From Candidatus Abzuiibacterium crystallinum (GTDB taxonomy: Bacteria > Omnitrophota > Omnitrophia > Omnitrophales > Abzuiibacteriaceae): a stretch of DNA of 64,000 bases. The stretch is taken from positions 6,828 to 70,827 of the forward strand of contig PCVY01000023.1 of assembly GCA_002787155.1 (NCBI GenBank), read 5' to 3'. The translations under genes were made by a program, and so were the position numbers. Shown here piece after piece: positions 17,912 through 27,749 of the stretch (position 1 is its first letter; the number at the start of each line of letters is the position of its first letter). The notes under the pieces were generated by a model. The model was not told where the DNA came from. It did not search any database and saw only the letters and a program-made list of their open reading frames with translations.

Positions 17912-19771
17912 ATGACCAGGATGTCCCCGCGTTTTTCTCTGTCTCAAGATCATAAAAAGCTTGGGCCCTTTATCAGTTTCTTCCTCATGGCTTTGGTTTT
18001 GCTGGTATTTTTTCAGGTCCGCACGTTCGAATTCATTAATTACGACGATCAAACCTATGTAGCGGATAATCCCCATATCACAGACGGCCTCACGCCTCAA
18101 GGTGTTGCGTGGGCCTTCAAGGCCGATTTGGTGAGCGATTCGCCAAATGCCGATTATTGGCAGCCGCTCACTTTTATTTCGCGGATGATGGATATCTCGC
18201 TTTTTGATCACCGTCCGAGCGGTCATCATTTGATGAATGTTTGGTTTCATTTGTTTAATACGCTGATTCTTTTTGTCTGGCTGCGCCGCTCAACCGGATC
18301 CATTTGGGCAAGCGGACTTTGCGCCGCTTTATTTGCGGTTCATCCGCTGCAAGTCGAGCCGGTGGCTTGGGTCACTGCACGCAAAGACCTGTTGAGCACT
18401 TGTTTTGCTTTGCTTGCTTTGTGGCAATACGATGGTTATGTTCAGCACCGCCGGAAGGCTGCTTATGTTTTAGTTTTTGTCTTATTTCTGCTCGGCATTT
18501 TTGCCAAACCGATGGTGATGACACTGCCGATTTTGTTCTTGCTGTGCGACTTTTGGCCTTACAAACGTTTTAAACAAGCGACCGCCCGAAACTTGATTGT
18601 TGAGAAAGCGCCTTTTCTTATTTTGTCAATTTTTTCTCTTTTAGTGACACTCAGGACACAGTCCTTTGTTTATCAGCTTGATTCCTGGCTCGTCATGATG
18701 AAGCGTATACCGGCCGCATACGTCTGGTATCTATTTAAATTCTTCTTGCCATTCAACTTGGCTTTGCGAAACGGCCAGCTATTCTATGAACCGCTCATGT
18801 GGCAGTGGTTGTTAGCGGCAGGGTTTTTAGCGGGTTTGTTGACAGCGGCCATCCGGTATCACAAACAAGCGCCTTACGTTTTGTTTGGCGTCCTTTGGTT
18901 TCTCGTGACGCTTTCTTTGGTGACTTTCATGCGTGGTTTTAGCGACCGGTTTATGTATTTACCGATGATTGGACTGATCACAGCTTGTGTTTGGTTGGCT
19001 CATGATTTAATAAACTGTCTGTCATTGTCCGCCAAAGGCGGATCCGTCCTCCGGCGGACGAGTGTTCAAGCGACAGTTGTTTCTCTCGTCATTATTTTCT
19101 TAAGCTTCCTGTCATACCGCCAAACCCGTTACTGGAAAAACAGCATCACTTTATTCGAACATGCGATTGAGGTGACCCAGCACAATTACATTGCGAACAT
19201 CAATTTAGGCAGTGCTTTGGTGGTAGACGAATGGCGCCAAGAAGCCAAACAACCCAAACCGGATGTTCAAGAAACTGCAACGCATGATCCTGTGTTTCTC
19301 AATCAATTGGGATATGCATGGGATGAGAGGGGAGACTACGAAAAAGCCATCCGTTATTACCGTCAAGCTGTCGCGGTCAATCCTGATTATGTGTTTCCAT
19401 ATAATAATTTAGGTGTGACGCTTGGCAAACAAGAAAAATACCAAGAAGCCATTCAACAGTTTCAAAAAGCACTTGCCCTGAATCCTCAATACATTGCAGC
19501 GCGTTACAATTTAGCCAAAGCGTATGCCATTGAAGGTAAAATGGAAGACGCCAAAGCCGCTTACGAAAAAGTACTTTCAATCGATCCGGAACATGTTGAT
19601 GCCTTGACCAATCTAGGACACATCTTCACAAGCGAATCTCAATATGCCCAAGCGATTTCTTACTATGAACGTGCGCTTCGGATTTCTCCGCGTCACGGCA
19701 AAGCCCGCTACGGCCTTGGCGTGGCTGAGAGCCAACTCGCACATCTTACTCATTCCGGATTTGCCGAATAA
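17912..19771 (+). CDS. GT-C-fold (PMT/TMTC-like) membrane glycosyltransferase with C-terminal TPR repeats
   Basis: 619 aa. About 11 TM helices with an N-terminal loop 'NYDDQTYV' (DD/DE motif), then at least 5 TPRs ('AIRYYRQAVAVNPDY', 'AIQQFQKALALNPQY', and so on). Confidence 0.6.
   Translation: MTRMSPRFSLSQDHKKLGPFISFFLMALVLLVFFQVRTFEFINYDDQTYVADNPHITDGLTPQGVAWAFKADLVSDSPNADYWQPLTFISRMMDISLFDHRPSGHHLMNVWFHLFNTLILFVWLRRSTGSIWASGLCAALFAVHPLQVEPVAWVTARKDLLSTCFALLALWQYDGYVQHRRKAAYVLVFVLFLLGIFAKPMVMTLPILFLLCDFWPYKRFKQATARNLIVEKAPFLILSIFSLLVTLRTQSFVYQLDSWLVMMKRIPAAYVWYLFKFFLPFNLALRNGQLFYEPLMWQWLLAAGFLAGLLTAAIRYHKQAPYVLFGVLWFLVTLSLVTFMRGFSDRFMYLPMIGLITACVWLAHDLINCLSLSAKGGSVLRRTSVQATVVSLVIIFLSFLSYRQTRYWKNSITLFEHAIEVTQHNYIANINLGSALVVDEWRQEAKQPKPDVQETATHDPVFLNQLGYAWDERGDYEKAIRYYRQAVAVNPDYVFPYNNLGVTLGKQEKYQEAIQQFQKALALNPQYIAARYNLAKAYAIEGKMEDAKAAYEKVLSIDPEHVDALTNLGHIFTSESQYAQAISYYERALRISPRHGKARYGLGVAESQLAHLTHSGFAE
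19037..19058. repeat. 22-nt palindromic core GGCGGATCCGTCCTCCGGCGGA (copy inside the GT-C/TPR gene)
   Basis: Identical 22-mers at 37046..37067, 37737..37758 and 39683..39704 inside the giant gene. Confidence 0.8.
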
Positions 19772-19803
19772 TCATTAATAGGTTCTATTAACATTTCTAA
19801 CCG

Positions 19804-19940
19804 GTCATTCTGAGTCCCCTCTGCCGAAGGCAGTGGAGGACGAAGAATCCAGATAAAAAGAGATCCTTCACGGCGTTTACCCTGAGATGCTTCCCGCCAG
19901 AAGCGAGGCTCGCCAAAGGCGGGGCTTCGCTCAGCATGAC
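19804..19940. repeat. palindromic intergenic element with terminal inverted repeats GTCATTCTGAG...CTCAGCATGAC (copy 2, larger), containing the CTGCCGAAGGCAG hairpin
   Basis: Termini match copy 1 (11504..11585) at 10 of 11 positions. Internal similarity is patchy. Confidence 0.4.
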
Positions 19941-19956
19941 ATCGAAGGGCTCAGGG

Positions 19957-19979
19957 TGACGCTTTGCCATGGCAAACGT
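19957..19979. promoter_or_regulatory. near-perfect 23-bp palindrome GACGCTTTGCCATGGCAAACGTC (core TTGCCATGGCAA), candidate operator upstream of the MerR-type gene
   Basis: Read directly, about 140 nt upstream of the 20115 start. Confidence 0.3.
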
Positions 19980-20114
19980 CAACAGAACCCAGTCTTTTCC
20001 CAACAAATTTTTCTCTTTTCGTTAAAGATTTCCGTCTCCTGTCGATATTTATGATAGTACAGGTAAGAGTACTTCCTTGTTCCTGGTTCCTGGTTTTAAA
20101 GAGAGCGACTCTGA

Positions 20115-20366
20115 ATGACATTGATCCGAAAAGGGCAGCTGGCAAAAGAGCTTAACATTCCTTGGCCGACCGTGAAGTATTACACGGCAGTGGGGCTTTT
20201 CCCCGTGGCGGGCAGAACGCCCAATGGTCAGCACTTGTACCACTTACCGCTCATTCGAGAAAAATACGAACGCATCAAAACGCTGAAACGTCAGCGTTTG
20301 ACGATCGGTGAAATTATCGATCGTCTCAAAATGGAGAGTATTGTCCAAGAAACAAGCGCGGTTTAA
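20115..20366 (+). CDS. MerR-family helix-turn-helix protein (short, effector domain absent)
   Basis: 83 aa. '[36 protein letters not shown]' is a MerR-type HTH. Confidence 0.55.
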   Translation: MTLIRKGQLAKELNIPWPTVKYYTAVGLFPVAGRTPNGQHLYHLPLIREKYERIKTLKRQRLTIGEIIDRLKMESIVQETSAV

Positions 20367-20389
20367 GCGCGCGCGAGAGGAGAACGGCG

Positions 20390-21445
20390 ATGACGATTAT
20401 CACGATTGCAAACCAAAAGGGAGGTTGCGGCAAAACCACCACCACCGTTAATTTGAGTGCCAGCTTGGCCGAGCGCGGTTACAAAGTATTATTAGTTGAT
20501 CTTGATCCGCAGGCGCACGCCACGCTGGGTTTGGGTATTGATCCTTATGAGCTCAAAGAATCCATTTATGAGATTCTCATTCATCCCGACAGGCATATTT
20601 CGGAAGTGATCCGCCGCACCTGTGTGCCTAACCTTTTTATCGCGCCTTCCAACATTCTCTTATCCGGCGCGGATTTGGACCTCAACAATGTGGTGGGACG
20701 CGAAGGAGTTTTAAAAGACCACTTACGCAAGCTCGATCCGTCCTACGAGTTCGTTTTAATTGATTGTTCACCGTCGCTCAATATCGTGACGGTCAATGGG
20801 TTAACGACAGCCAATTATTTGTTGATCCCGGTGCAAGCGCAGTACTATGCCATGGAAGGGATGAAGCAGCTGTTTAATACCGTTGATATTGTGCGCCGGC
20901 ATCTCAATCATGAGTTAAAATTGCTCGGTATTTTACTCACCATGTATGACGGACGGACCAATATCTGCCGCGATGTCGCACGCGGGATTCGCGAGCATTT
21001 TCAAAACAAAGTCTTCCAAACCATGATCAATGTCAATGTCAAAATTACAGAAGCGCCCAGTGCCGGGAAACCCGTCACCATGTACGACCCTTGTTCGATT
21101 GGTGCGCGTGATTATCAACAATTGACAACGGAAGCTTTGGCCATTCTCAACGGACGCCCTTTTGCACGGCCCGAAATTCAGGAAAAAACCAACGGGGCGC
21201 TGCCGGCACCGGCCGTTGAAGTCACTTCCGAGCCCGCCGCGGAAAAAAGCGAAAATGCCGTAGTGCAGGAAGAAGTTCAGACAGAGAAAACGCCTGATCC
21301 ATCACCGGTTTCGCCGGCACCCGAACCCTCTGCCTCAGAGCCTGCTGAAATTGAAACCCAAACATCCAAAGTCCAAGAAACGCCAAAGACTGAAGAAACC
21401 GAATCCGTTGATATTGAAAAAAAAGACGAAGTAAGCGTCGAATAA
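20390..21445 (+). CDS. ParA/MinD-family ATPase with an acidic Pro/Glu-rich C-terminal tail
   Basis: 351 aa. Deviant Walker A '[11 protein letters not shown]'. AGGAGA ribosome-binding site. Confidence 0.8.
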   Translation: MTIITIANQKGGCGKTTTTVNLSASLAERGYKVLLVDLDPQAHATLGLGIDPYELKESIYEILIHPDRHISEVIRRTCVPNLFIAPSNILLSGADLDLNNVVGREGVLKDHLRKLDPSYEFVLIDCSPSLNIVTVNGLTTANYLLIPVQAQYYAMEGMKQLFNTVDIVRRHLNHELKLLGILLTMYDGRTNICRDVARGIREHFQNKVFQTMINVNVKITEAPSAGKPVTMYDPCSIGARDYQQLTTEALAILNGRPFARPEIQEKTNGALPAPAVEVTSEPAAEKSENAVVQEEVQTEKTPDPSPVSPAPEPSASEPAEIETQTSKVQETPKTEETESVDIEKKDEVSVE

Positions 21446-21454
21446 ATTATTCAC

Positions 21455-23320
21455 ATGGCTAAGAAACCGACAGGGCTCAACAAGAAAGTCTCATCCATTT
21501 TTTCGGGCATTCCTTCATTCGGTGAAGAGAAGGAATCATCGTCACCTGAAGTCAAGCCGGAGGCGCAGGCAGCTGCTTCACTGAGCGGCGCCAAACCTGC
21601 TCAATTGCCACGGCCCATGGAACCAGGCCATCCCATACCAAAGTCAGAATTAAAATTTAATCTTGGCTCTCTTTTTCAAGTGCAGCCTCGTCCCCGGTTA
21701 ATTTTTGATATCGGGTCCAGCAACGTCAAGGCTGTCTTAATGAAACCGGGCTTGCGGTCATGGACCATACAAGATGCGCGTGACAGTGAGTTTACCGTTG
21801 ATCATCAAGGTGTTCGGCGGGCAGCGGGGGATGACATGGTGCTGGCATTAAAAGAAATTGCGGCGGCGCTTGATCCCAAACATGAAGCGTCGGTAGGGAT
21901 GGTGATTGGCAGCGCGAACTCATTTTTCAAAGTGATCCCGGCACCCGAGGGGCCAGAGAACACGTGGCGCGAAGAAATCGTTTGGCAGTTAGCGGAAACA
22001 GCTCCCTTTTCTTTGGAAGAAGCCGAGGTGGAATGGGTGAAAGTGCCTCGGTTGAACTTGCCTCATATCAAAGGTGTGCCGCTGCTCGCTGCTGCGGTTG
22101 AACGTTTTGAATTAGACCGATGGATGACTATTTTTCGGAAAGCCGGTTTGCATCTGGAGCTGATTATCCCTGCACCGCTTGCGGTTGAATCAATGCTCAC
22201 CCGTTATCGCCAGCCGGCAGCCGAATCAATGTTGATTGCAGATTTTGGCGCCGAACACACGCAGTTTTACGTTTTTGTGAAGGGGCAGTTTGTACTCATG
22301 AGAGATATTTCGTTCGGAACAGAACTCGTGATTCGCTCTTTAATCGGACCAATTCAAATTGATAATGAACGAGTTGAAATCGGGTTTCAGGAAGCCAGCA
22401 CCTTGGTTCGGGAATATCAATTATTTGCCGGAATCGGGCAGTATGATTCTGCGCAGCCCAAGCGTTCCCAGTTGGCGGCCCGTGTTCGCCCGCACATGGA
22501 AAAATTGGTCAACGAAATCAAGCGGTCTATCACATATTACCAGACAGAATTTCATGGCCCCGAAGTTTCTAATGTTTTCATTATTGGCGGCGGCGCCGGT
22601 TTAGAGGGGATCGATCAATTTTTATCGCATGAACTCAATGCGTCGGTTTCACGCGTTGACTTGGTCAAAGATTTTACTTGGCACTTGGATCCGCATCTAT
22701 TGAAACACACCCCGTCACTTCGCAGGACTTTCGGGGTGGTGCTGGGCGGCGCATATGTTAAATCACCTCGTATTAATTTTGCTGATTGGCAGGACCGATG
22801 GGCCTCCGTTGCCGCCCAAATCAAACAATGGTCGAAAGTAGCCATGCTGGGTGTCATGGTTGTCGCCGGCATAGGCTGGTCGTCTTTGACTGTGCAGCAG
22901 ACATTGCTTGATCGTGAATTGAAGGCTGTGCAGCAGAAAATTGATCAAGCGGGTCCCGTGACGGCTAAATTAACCGAATTAGAAACGTTAGGGCAGCAAA
23001 TCGAATTACGCCAGTCGCTTCTTGCGCAGGCTTTTGGTTATGAGCCTTATTGGGGAGGTATATTGAGGGAATTGAGTCATTTGATTCCCCGGGAACTGGT
23101 TTTAGATACCTTCAGTGCGGCAGAGAACAAGGGAGTGCCCGAAATCATTTTAACCGGGCATGTTCAAGTTTCGTCCAGACCCAGTGACATGGTGGTATCG
23201 GAATTGCTGCATGTTCTAAACGAATCACCCTTTTTTTCTTCGGCCCAGTTGATTAAGCGAACTCAGCAGGAAGAAGAAACAACCAAAACGACTTTTAGTG
23301 TCAAAGCAGATTTAGCCTAA
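21455..23320 (+). CDS. pilM: PilM-PilN fusion protein with an N-terminal extension of about 90 aa
   Basis: 621 aa. Actin-like PilM region 'LIFDIGSSNVKAVL'. The C-terminal third has a TM segment ('VAMLGVMVVAGIGW') and a coiled coil, as PilN does. Confidence 0.65.
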   Translation: MAKKPTGLNKKVSSIFSGIPSFGEEKESSSPEVKPEAQAAASLSGAKPAQLPRPMEPGHPIPKSELKFNLGSLFQVQPRPRLIFDIGSSNVKAVLMKPGLRSWTIQDARDSEFTVDHQGVRRAAGDDMVLALKEIAAALDPKHEASVGMVIGSANSFFKVIPAPEGPENTWREEIVWQLAETAPFSLEEAEVEWVKVPRLNLPHIKGVPLLAAAVERFELDRWMTIFRKAGLHLELIIPAPLAVESMLTRYRQPAAESMLIADFGAEHTQFYVFVKGQFVLMRDISFGTELVIRSLIGPIQIDNERVEIGFQEASTLVREYQLFAGIGQYDSAQPKRSQLAARVRPHMEKLVNEIKRSITYYQTEFHGPEVSNVFIIGGGAGLEGIDQFLSHELNASVSRVDLVKDFTWHLDPHLLKHTPSLRRTFGVVLGGAYVKSPRINFADWQDRWASVAAQIKQWSKVAMLGVMVVAGIGWSSLTVQQTLLDRELKAVQQKIDQAGPVTAKLTELETLGQQIELRQSLLAQAFGYEPYWGGILRELSHLIPRELVLDTFSAAENKGVPEIILTGHVQVSSRPSDMVVSELLHVLNESPFFSSAQLIKRTQQEEETTKTTFSVKADLA

Positions 23321-23334
23321 ACACAGGACAACAG

Positions 23335-23946
23335 ATGGCGGTCAGACCCGAATCGCAAAAAATCGTTTTACAATGGGCTGTCAAAGAGAAAGTGGTATTG
23401 CACTTGTCTGTTTTGGCAGGGTTAATTGTTTTTGCAGCTTTCGCCGTGATAGGTCCGCGGATAGCTGATTTAAACAAACAAAAAGCAAAGTTAAAGGAGT
23501 TTAATTCTTTTTTACTGGGTACACAAGAAGCCGCGAAACGGCTGAGAAATCTAGAACAATTGCTCGCAGATCAGAGGCAGGCATTAAAAGAGCTCAACGC
23601 ACAAACGCTGAAACGAACTTCCATTGCTGCTATGCTGCAGAATTTTACGGCCGCTTCCGAATCACTGCCAATGACCATTTTGGACATCAGACCGGATGAG
23701 GCACCCGCGGTCAATGATCCAAAGGCCGTCGTGCCGGCCTGGAAAGAAAACGGCTTTGATCAAAAGTTATTGAATATTCATTTTCAATGCCGGTACCAAA
23801 CGCTGGGTCGTTTACTGGAACGCTTAGAAGAAACACCTTTAATTTATCATGTCACTAAACTTGAAATGGGGACCAAGGATTTAATCGCACCTAATTTGGA
23901 CATTTCATTAACGTTAGCTTCTTATGTGGAAAATTCACCTCACTAA
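23335..23946 (+). CDS. pilO: PilO-like inner-membrane pilus alignment protein
   Basis: 203 aa with an N-terminal TM and coiled coil. Called by position between pilMN and pilP. Confidence 0.5.
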   Translation: MAVRPESQKIVLQWAVKEKVVLHLSVLAGLIVFAAFAVIGPRIADLNKQKAKLKEFNSFLLGTQEAAKRLRNLEQLLADQRQALKELNAQTLKRTSIAAMLQNFTAASESLPMTILDIRPDEAPAVNDPKAVVPAWKENGFDQKLLNIHFQCRYQTLGRLLERLEETPLIYHVTKLEMGTKDLIAPNLDISLTLASYVENSPH

Positions 23947-23955
23947 GCAGATACC

Positions 23956-24489
23956 ATGGCACTCAGCAAAAAAGATAAAATTCAATTAGGCATCATCGTG
24001 ATGATGGTCGGACTGATTATTTTTAAATTGCCGGACTTCGTGCGGTTCGTGAGCGGTACCACACAAAAAGCCTCCTCAGGCGTTCCAAATGCCTTACCGG
24101 CACTGCCCGAGAATGCGCCCGATTTTTTGAAGGCCATGGTCATGCAAGTACGCAGCGGCACCGCTCATCCTCATTTCAATTTAACGCAAGAGCGGGCTCT
24201 TAGAGAACAGCAAGCGCTTCTCAAAGAACAATCCTGGGGAAGAGATCCGTTTTTTTCGATCCCCATTGATGAATCGCGGTCCAAAAAAATCGAAGTCACC
24301 GACAGCTCCGAATTGGTTCTCAAAGCGATCTCATTAAAAGGCACAACCGCCATGGCCATTATTAACCAAACGGTCATTCATGTCGGTGATGAAATTTTGG
24401 GAATGACTGTCAAATCCATTGAGCGCGGTCGTGTGATTTTAGCGAACAGCGAACGCGAACGTGTTTTACGTTTTGGAGGCATGACATGA
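23956..24489 (+). CDS. pilP: PilP-like lipoprotein/alignment protein
   Basis: 177 aa with an N-terminal hydrophobic segment and a C-terminal beta-domain 'GTTAMAIINQTVIHVGDEILGMTVKSIERGRVIL'. Confidence 0.5.
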   Translation: MALSKKDKIQLGIIVMMVGLIIFKLPDFVRFVSGTTQKASSGVPNALPALPENAPDFLKAMVMQVRSGTAHPHFNLTQERALREQQALLKEQSWGRDPFFSIPIDESRSKKIEVTDSSELVLKAISLKGTTAMAIINQTVIHVGDEILGMTVKSIERGRVILANSERERVLRFGGMT

Positions 24490-26147
24490 CAAAACCAATC
24501 CAGTTTGGTTTTGTTTTTCTTATGGTGTTGGCATTAACCGTCTCGCAGGCACAGGCAGACTACTCGCCGTCAACCGTTCAAAGCGATGATTCATTGGTGA
24601 CGCTGGATGTTCAGCAAACTGATATCAGAAGCGTGCTTAATCTGCTTGCCGAGCAGTACGACTTGAATATGGTGATTGATGATGACGTGACCGGCCTGAT
24701 CACCATTCGTTTGCAGGATGTCTCACTGCACGGAGCGTTACAGGCCATTTTATTATCGCACGGGTACGATTATGAAACCGTGGATAACATTGTCCGGATC
24801 GCTCCGACCGAAGTCCTGGCAGGCGAAAGAGTCATTCGGCAGGAACGGCAGGGGATTGAACCGCTTGTTTCTGAGGTGATTACGCTGCAATATTTAGACG
24901 CCAGCGACATACGCCCAGCCATTGAGGCGCTTCTCTCAGAGCGCGGTTCCATCAGCGTGGTTGAACGCAAGAACTTTACCGGGTTTCAGTTTGGTGCGCA
25001 GGCTGTTCAAACCGGATCAAGCACTTCCGGCGCAGCTGGTGAAGGATTAATTCGTGATAGACGCAAAGGAGATTCTACTGCACGGTCACGATTTTTATTG
25101 GTGACCGATACGCGCAGCCATGTGGAACGCATCAAGAGCGTGATCCGCAATGTTGATGTCAGGCCGCCGCAAATCCTGATTGATGCCAAAATCTTAGAGG
25201 TAGAAACAGACACCTTAGAGGATTTGGGTATTGAGTTTGATTCGCAAGTGACGCCGCCGACAGAAAATGATCATAACAGCGTGTTAAATTTTGATTTTAA
25301 TCAGGGCGTGAGCGGCAAAACTTTTCCCACGTCAAGTGATCAAGGGCTGAATGTTCAGTTTCAAAAAATCATCGGTGAGAATTTTCAAGCGGTTTTACAT
25401 GCGCTGCTGCAGGATGAGCGAACACGAACGCTTTCCAGCCCGCGTATTTTGGTTTTAGACGGACAAGAAGCTGCCATTTTGGTAGGGGAACAGTTCCCGA
25501 TTTTCGAAAGCACCGTTTCCGATCAAGGAACGGCCACCGAATCACTTTCTTTTTTCCAACCGATCGGTATTAGTTTGCAAGTGATTCCGCAAATTACCGC
25601 TGACAATAATATCCAGATGATCATTCACCCGACCGTCAGCTCAGTCGGTAATTTTGTGACGGGCAGCACCGGGCTCACTCAGCCCCGTATTAACATTCGC
25701 GAAGCTGACACTCAAGTGCTCGTGAAGAACAGCGAAACGCTTGTGATCGGCGGGCTGCTCGAAGACATTACAGTCGAATCTGAATTTAAGGTGCCAATTT
25801 TAGGGTATATTCCTTATCTGGGAAAACTATTTACACGTACCCGGACCGATGTGGATCAAAGAAATCTCATTGTTTTTATTACGCCTCAAATCATCAGCCC
25901 GGATGTTGGGTTGAGTGACAAACGGGCCAAGGAGGCATTCCTGGGCATTGTGGATTCGGATCGTTACGGTTTCTTGCATGAAAGGCGTGAGAATGTTAAA
26001 ACACATATCCAAGAAGGTGTGCGTGCTTTTCATTTAGGTGATTACGAAGTGGCCCGGCAGGCATTTGAACGCGTTCTGCGCTTGGATGATCAAAATCAAA
26101 CCGCCCGTGAGTACCTCAATAAGATCTACAACGCCCTCAGAAATTGA
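24486..26147 (+). CDS. pilQ: type IV pilus secretin
   Basis: 553 aa with a signal peptide. C-terminal secretin domain 'VLVKNSETLVIGGLLED....VPILGYIPYLGKLF....NLIVFITPQII'. Confidence 0.85.
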   Translation: MTKPIQFGFVFLMVLALTVSQAQADYSPSTVQSDDSLVTLDVQQTDIRSVLNLLAEQYDLNMVIDDDVTGLITIRLQDVSLHGALQAILLSHGYDYETVDNIVRIAPTEVLAGERVIRQERQGIEPLVSEVITLQYLDASDIRPAIEALLSERGSISVVERKNFTGFQFGAQAVQTGSSTSGAAGEGLIRDRRKGDSTARSRFLLVTDTRSHVERIKSVIRNVDVRPPQILIDAKILEVETDTLEDLGIEFDSQVTPPTENDHNSVLNFDFNQGVSGKTFPTSSDQGLNVQFQKIIGENFQAVLHALLQDERTRTLSSPRILVLDGQEAAILVGEQFPIFESTVSDQGTATESLSFFQPIGISLQVIPQITADNNIQMIIHPTVSSVGNFVTGSTGLTQPRINIREADTQVLVKNSETLVIGGLLEDITVESEFKVPILGYIPYLGKLFTRTRTDVDQRNLIVFITPQIISPDVGLSDKRAKEAFLGIVDSDRYGFLHERRENVKTHIQEGVRAFHLGDYEVARQAFERVLRLDDQNQTAREYLNKIYNALRN

Positions 26148-26214
26148 TGATTTTTTACCCCCATCTCATCAGCCCTGATTTATAATAGAAATTAGCGCCG
26201 TGCGCGAGTTTCTC

Positions 26215-26241
26215 CCTTTCCCCTCAAATAAGGGGGAGAGG
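26215..26241 (+). terminator. stem-loop CCTTTCCCC-N9-GGGGAGAGG after pilQ, with no U-tract
   Basis: 9-bp stem including one G-U pair. Confidence 0.25.
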
Positions 26242-26264
26242 AAATTCGGAATGTCAAAAAATAG

Positions 26265-27749
26265 ATGATCTTATTACGAAAGATTATTTTTTACCTTTTT
26301 GTCGTCATTTACATTGTCGTTTGCCCCATGGTCATCATGTACGCGATTGGCTACATCTATCGCCCGGGCGCTCGGCAGGAACTTGTTCAGACCGGATTGA
26401 TTTACCTTTCTACGGTACCGCCGGGTGCTGCGGTGTATTTAGAGGGAAAACGTTTTGCTCAGAAAACACCCGCCATGATTCGTGATTTGTTCCCGGGGCA
26501 ATACCAAGTCACGATGTCATTGAAAGGGTATGAAGACTGGTCACAGTCCGTTCCGATTACGGCAGAGCAAGCTTCTGTGTTGGATCACGTGCTTTTCCAT
26601 CCTAAAAGATGGCCGATTCAAACATTATCAAGCGGCTCTTTTCACAATTTTCAAGTGATCCAAAATTTCCATGTGATTCCCAAATCAGACCTCTTTGTGC
26701 TTGAAACGGCTGATCGTCAGGTGGGCGGCCTTTACCTTTATGACACACAATCAAAGGAATTGAAACCGCTGATCGGAAGTGATTCGCCTTGGCGTTCTCA
26801 AAGTATTGAACATCTTTACGCCGTGAAAGAAAGCTCGCAATTAATTTTGTCTGCCAAAGATAAGGGAGATCTAATTTTTTTGTCTGTCAATTTAGATGAC
26901 AAACCGCCGGCCATTCGTGAAATAACGTCTTTGTTCCAAGAGGAGAAACCCAAATACTTATGGTGGAGTGCTGATAACAAGGAGAATCTATTTGTTTACC
27001 GGAATCGGCAGTTACATCGTTTGAACTTAAGGCGTTATGAAGTCAATCCTGAATTTGCCGAAGGCACACGCGGATTTGGCGTGATGAAAGACAGCGCTTA
27101 CATTTTGCGTTCAGACGGCATTTTTATGAAGCGTTCCATTAACGGGCAAGACGAAAAAATTCTCTTAAAAGATCAAGACCTCATGCATTCACTATTCGGA
27201 GACGAAGGATTTTTCAAGATTTATGCCTATCCGTCGGATTTGTTTCTTTTTTGGGGAGACAAAGGACAATTATTGACCAACAAATTACCTTATCAATTGG
27301 TCAGGCAAGGTGTGAAGGGTTTCGCTTATGACGTCAAGAAAGAACTGCTGCTGATTTGGCGGCGCCAAGACTTAGGCATCGTTGATTTTGCCACGCGGCC
27401 TTTTGAGCGTGATGATGTTTTTGAACCCGCTCCGCGGCTCAAGTGGGTCTATCATGGCGGTGATCAGATTAATCAAGCTTTCCTGGTCTATGAGGGATCC
27501 GCGGTGATATTTCGTGACGGCAATCAGGTGCTTTTGCTTGATTTAGAAACGTTTGAAGAACCTCATTTGAGCCCGGTGGTTGAAGTGTTCCCAAGGTCCG
27601 ATATCTATTATTCAGATGATTCCGGATTTTTGTACTATTTAGATCAGGCCAAGGGTCACTTCATGTCGCTTCAAGTGGTTCCCAAGGAGTCAGTGATCCA
27701 GTTTCCGGAATGGAAAGAAACTTTTAAAAGAAGAAAGAAGCTATCATGA
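26265..27749 (+). CDS. PEGA-domain membrane-anchored protein
   Basis: 494 aa. N-terminal TM, then a PEGA-like segment 'LSTVPPGAAVYLEGKRFAQKTPAMIRDLFPGQYQVTMSLKGY'. Confidence 0.5.
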   Translation: MILLRKIIFYLFVVIYIVVCPMVIMYAIGYIYRPGARQELVQTGLIYLSTVPPGAAVYLEGKRFAQKTPAMIRDLFPGQYQVTMSLKGYEDWSQSVPITAEQASVLDHVLFHPKRWPIQTLSSGSFHNFQVIQNFHVIPKSDLFVLETADRQVGGLYLYDTQSKELKPLIGSDSPWRSQSIEHLYAVKESSQLILSAKDKGDLIFLSVNLDDKPPAIREITSLFQEEKPKYLWWSADNKENLFVYRNRQLHRLNLRRYEVNPEFAEGTRGFGVMKDSAYILRSDGIFMKRSINGQDEKILLKDQDLMHSLFGDEGFFKIYAYPSDLFLFWGDKGQLLTNKLPYQLVRQGVKGFAYDVKKELLLIWRRQDLGIVDFATRPFERDDVFEPAPRLKWVYHGGDQINQAFLVYEGSAVIFRDGNQVLLLDLETFEEPHLSPVVEVFPRSDIYYSDDSGFLYYLDQAKGHFMSLQVVPKESVIQFPEWKETFKRRKKLS

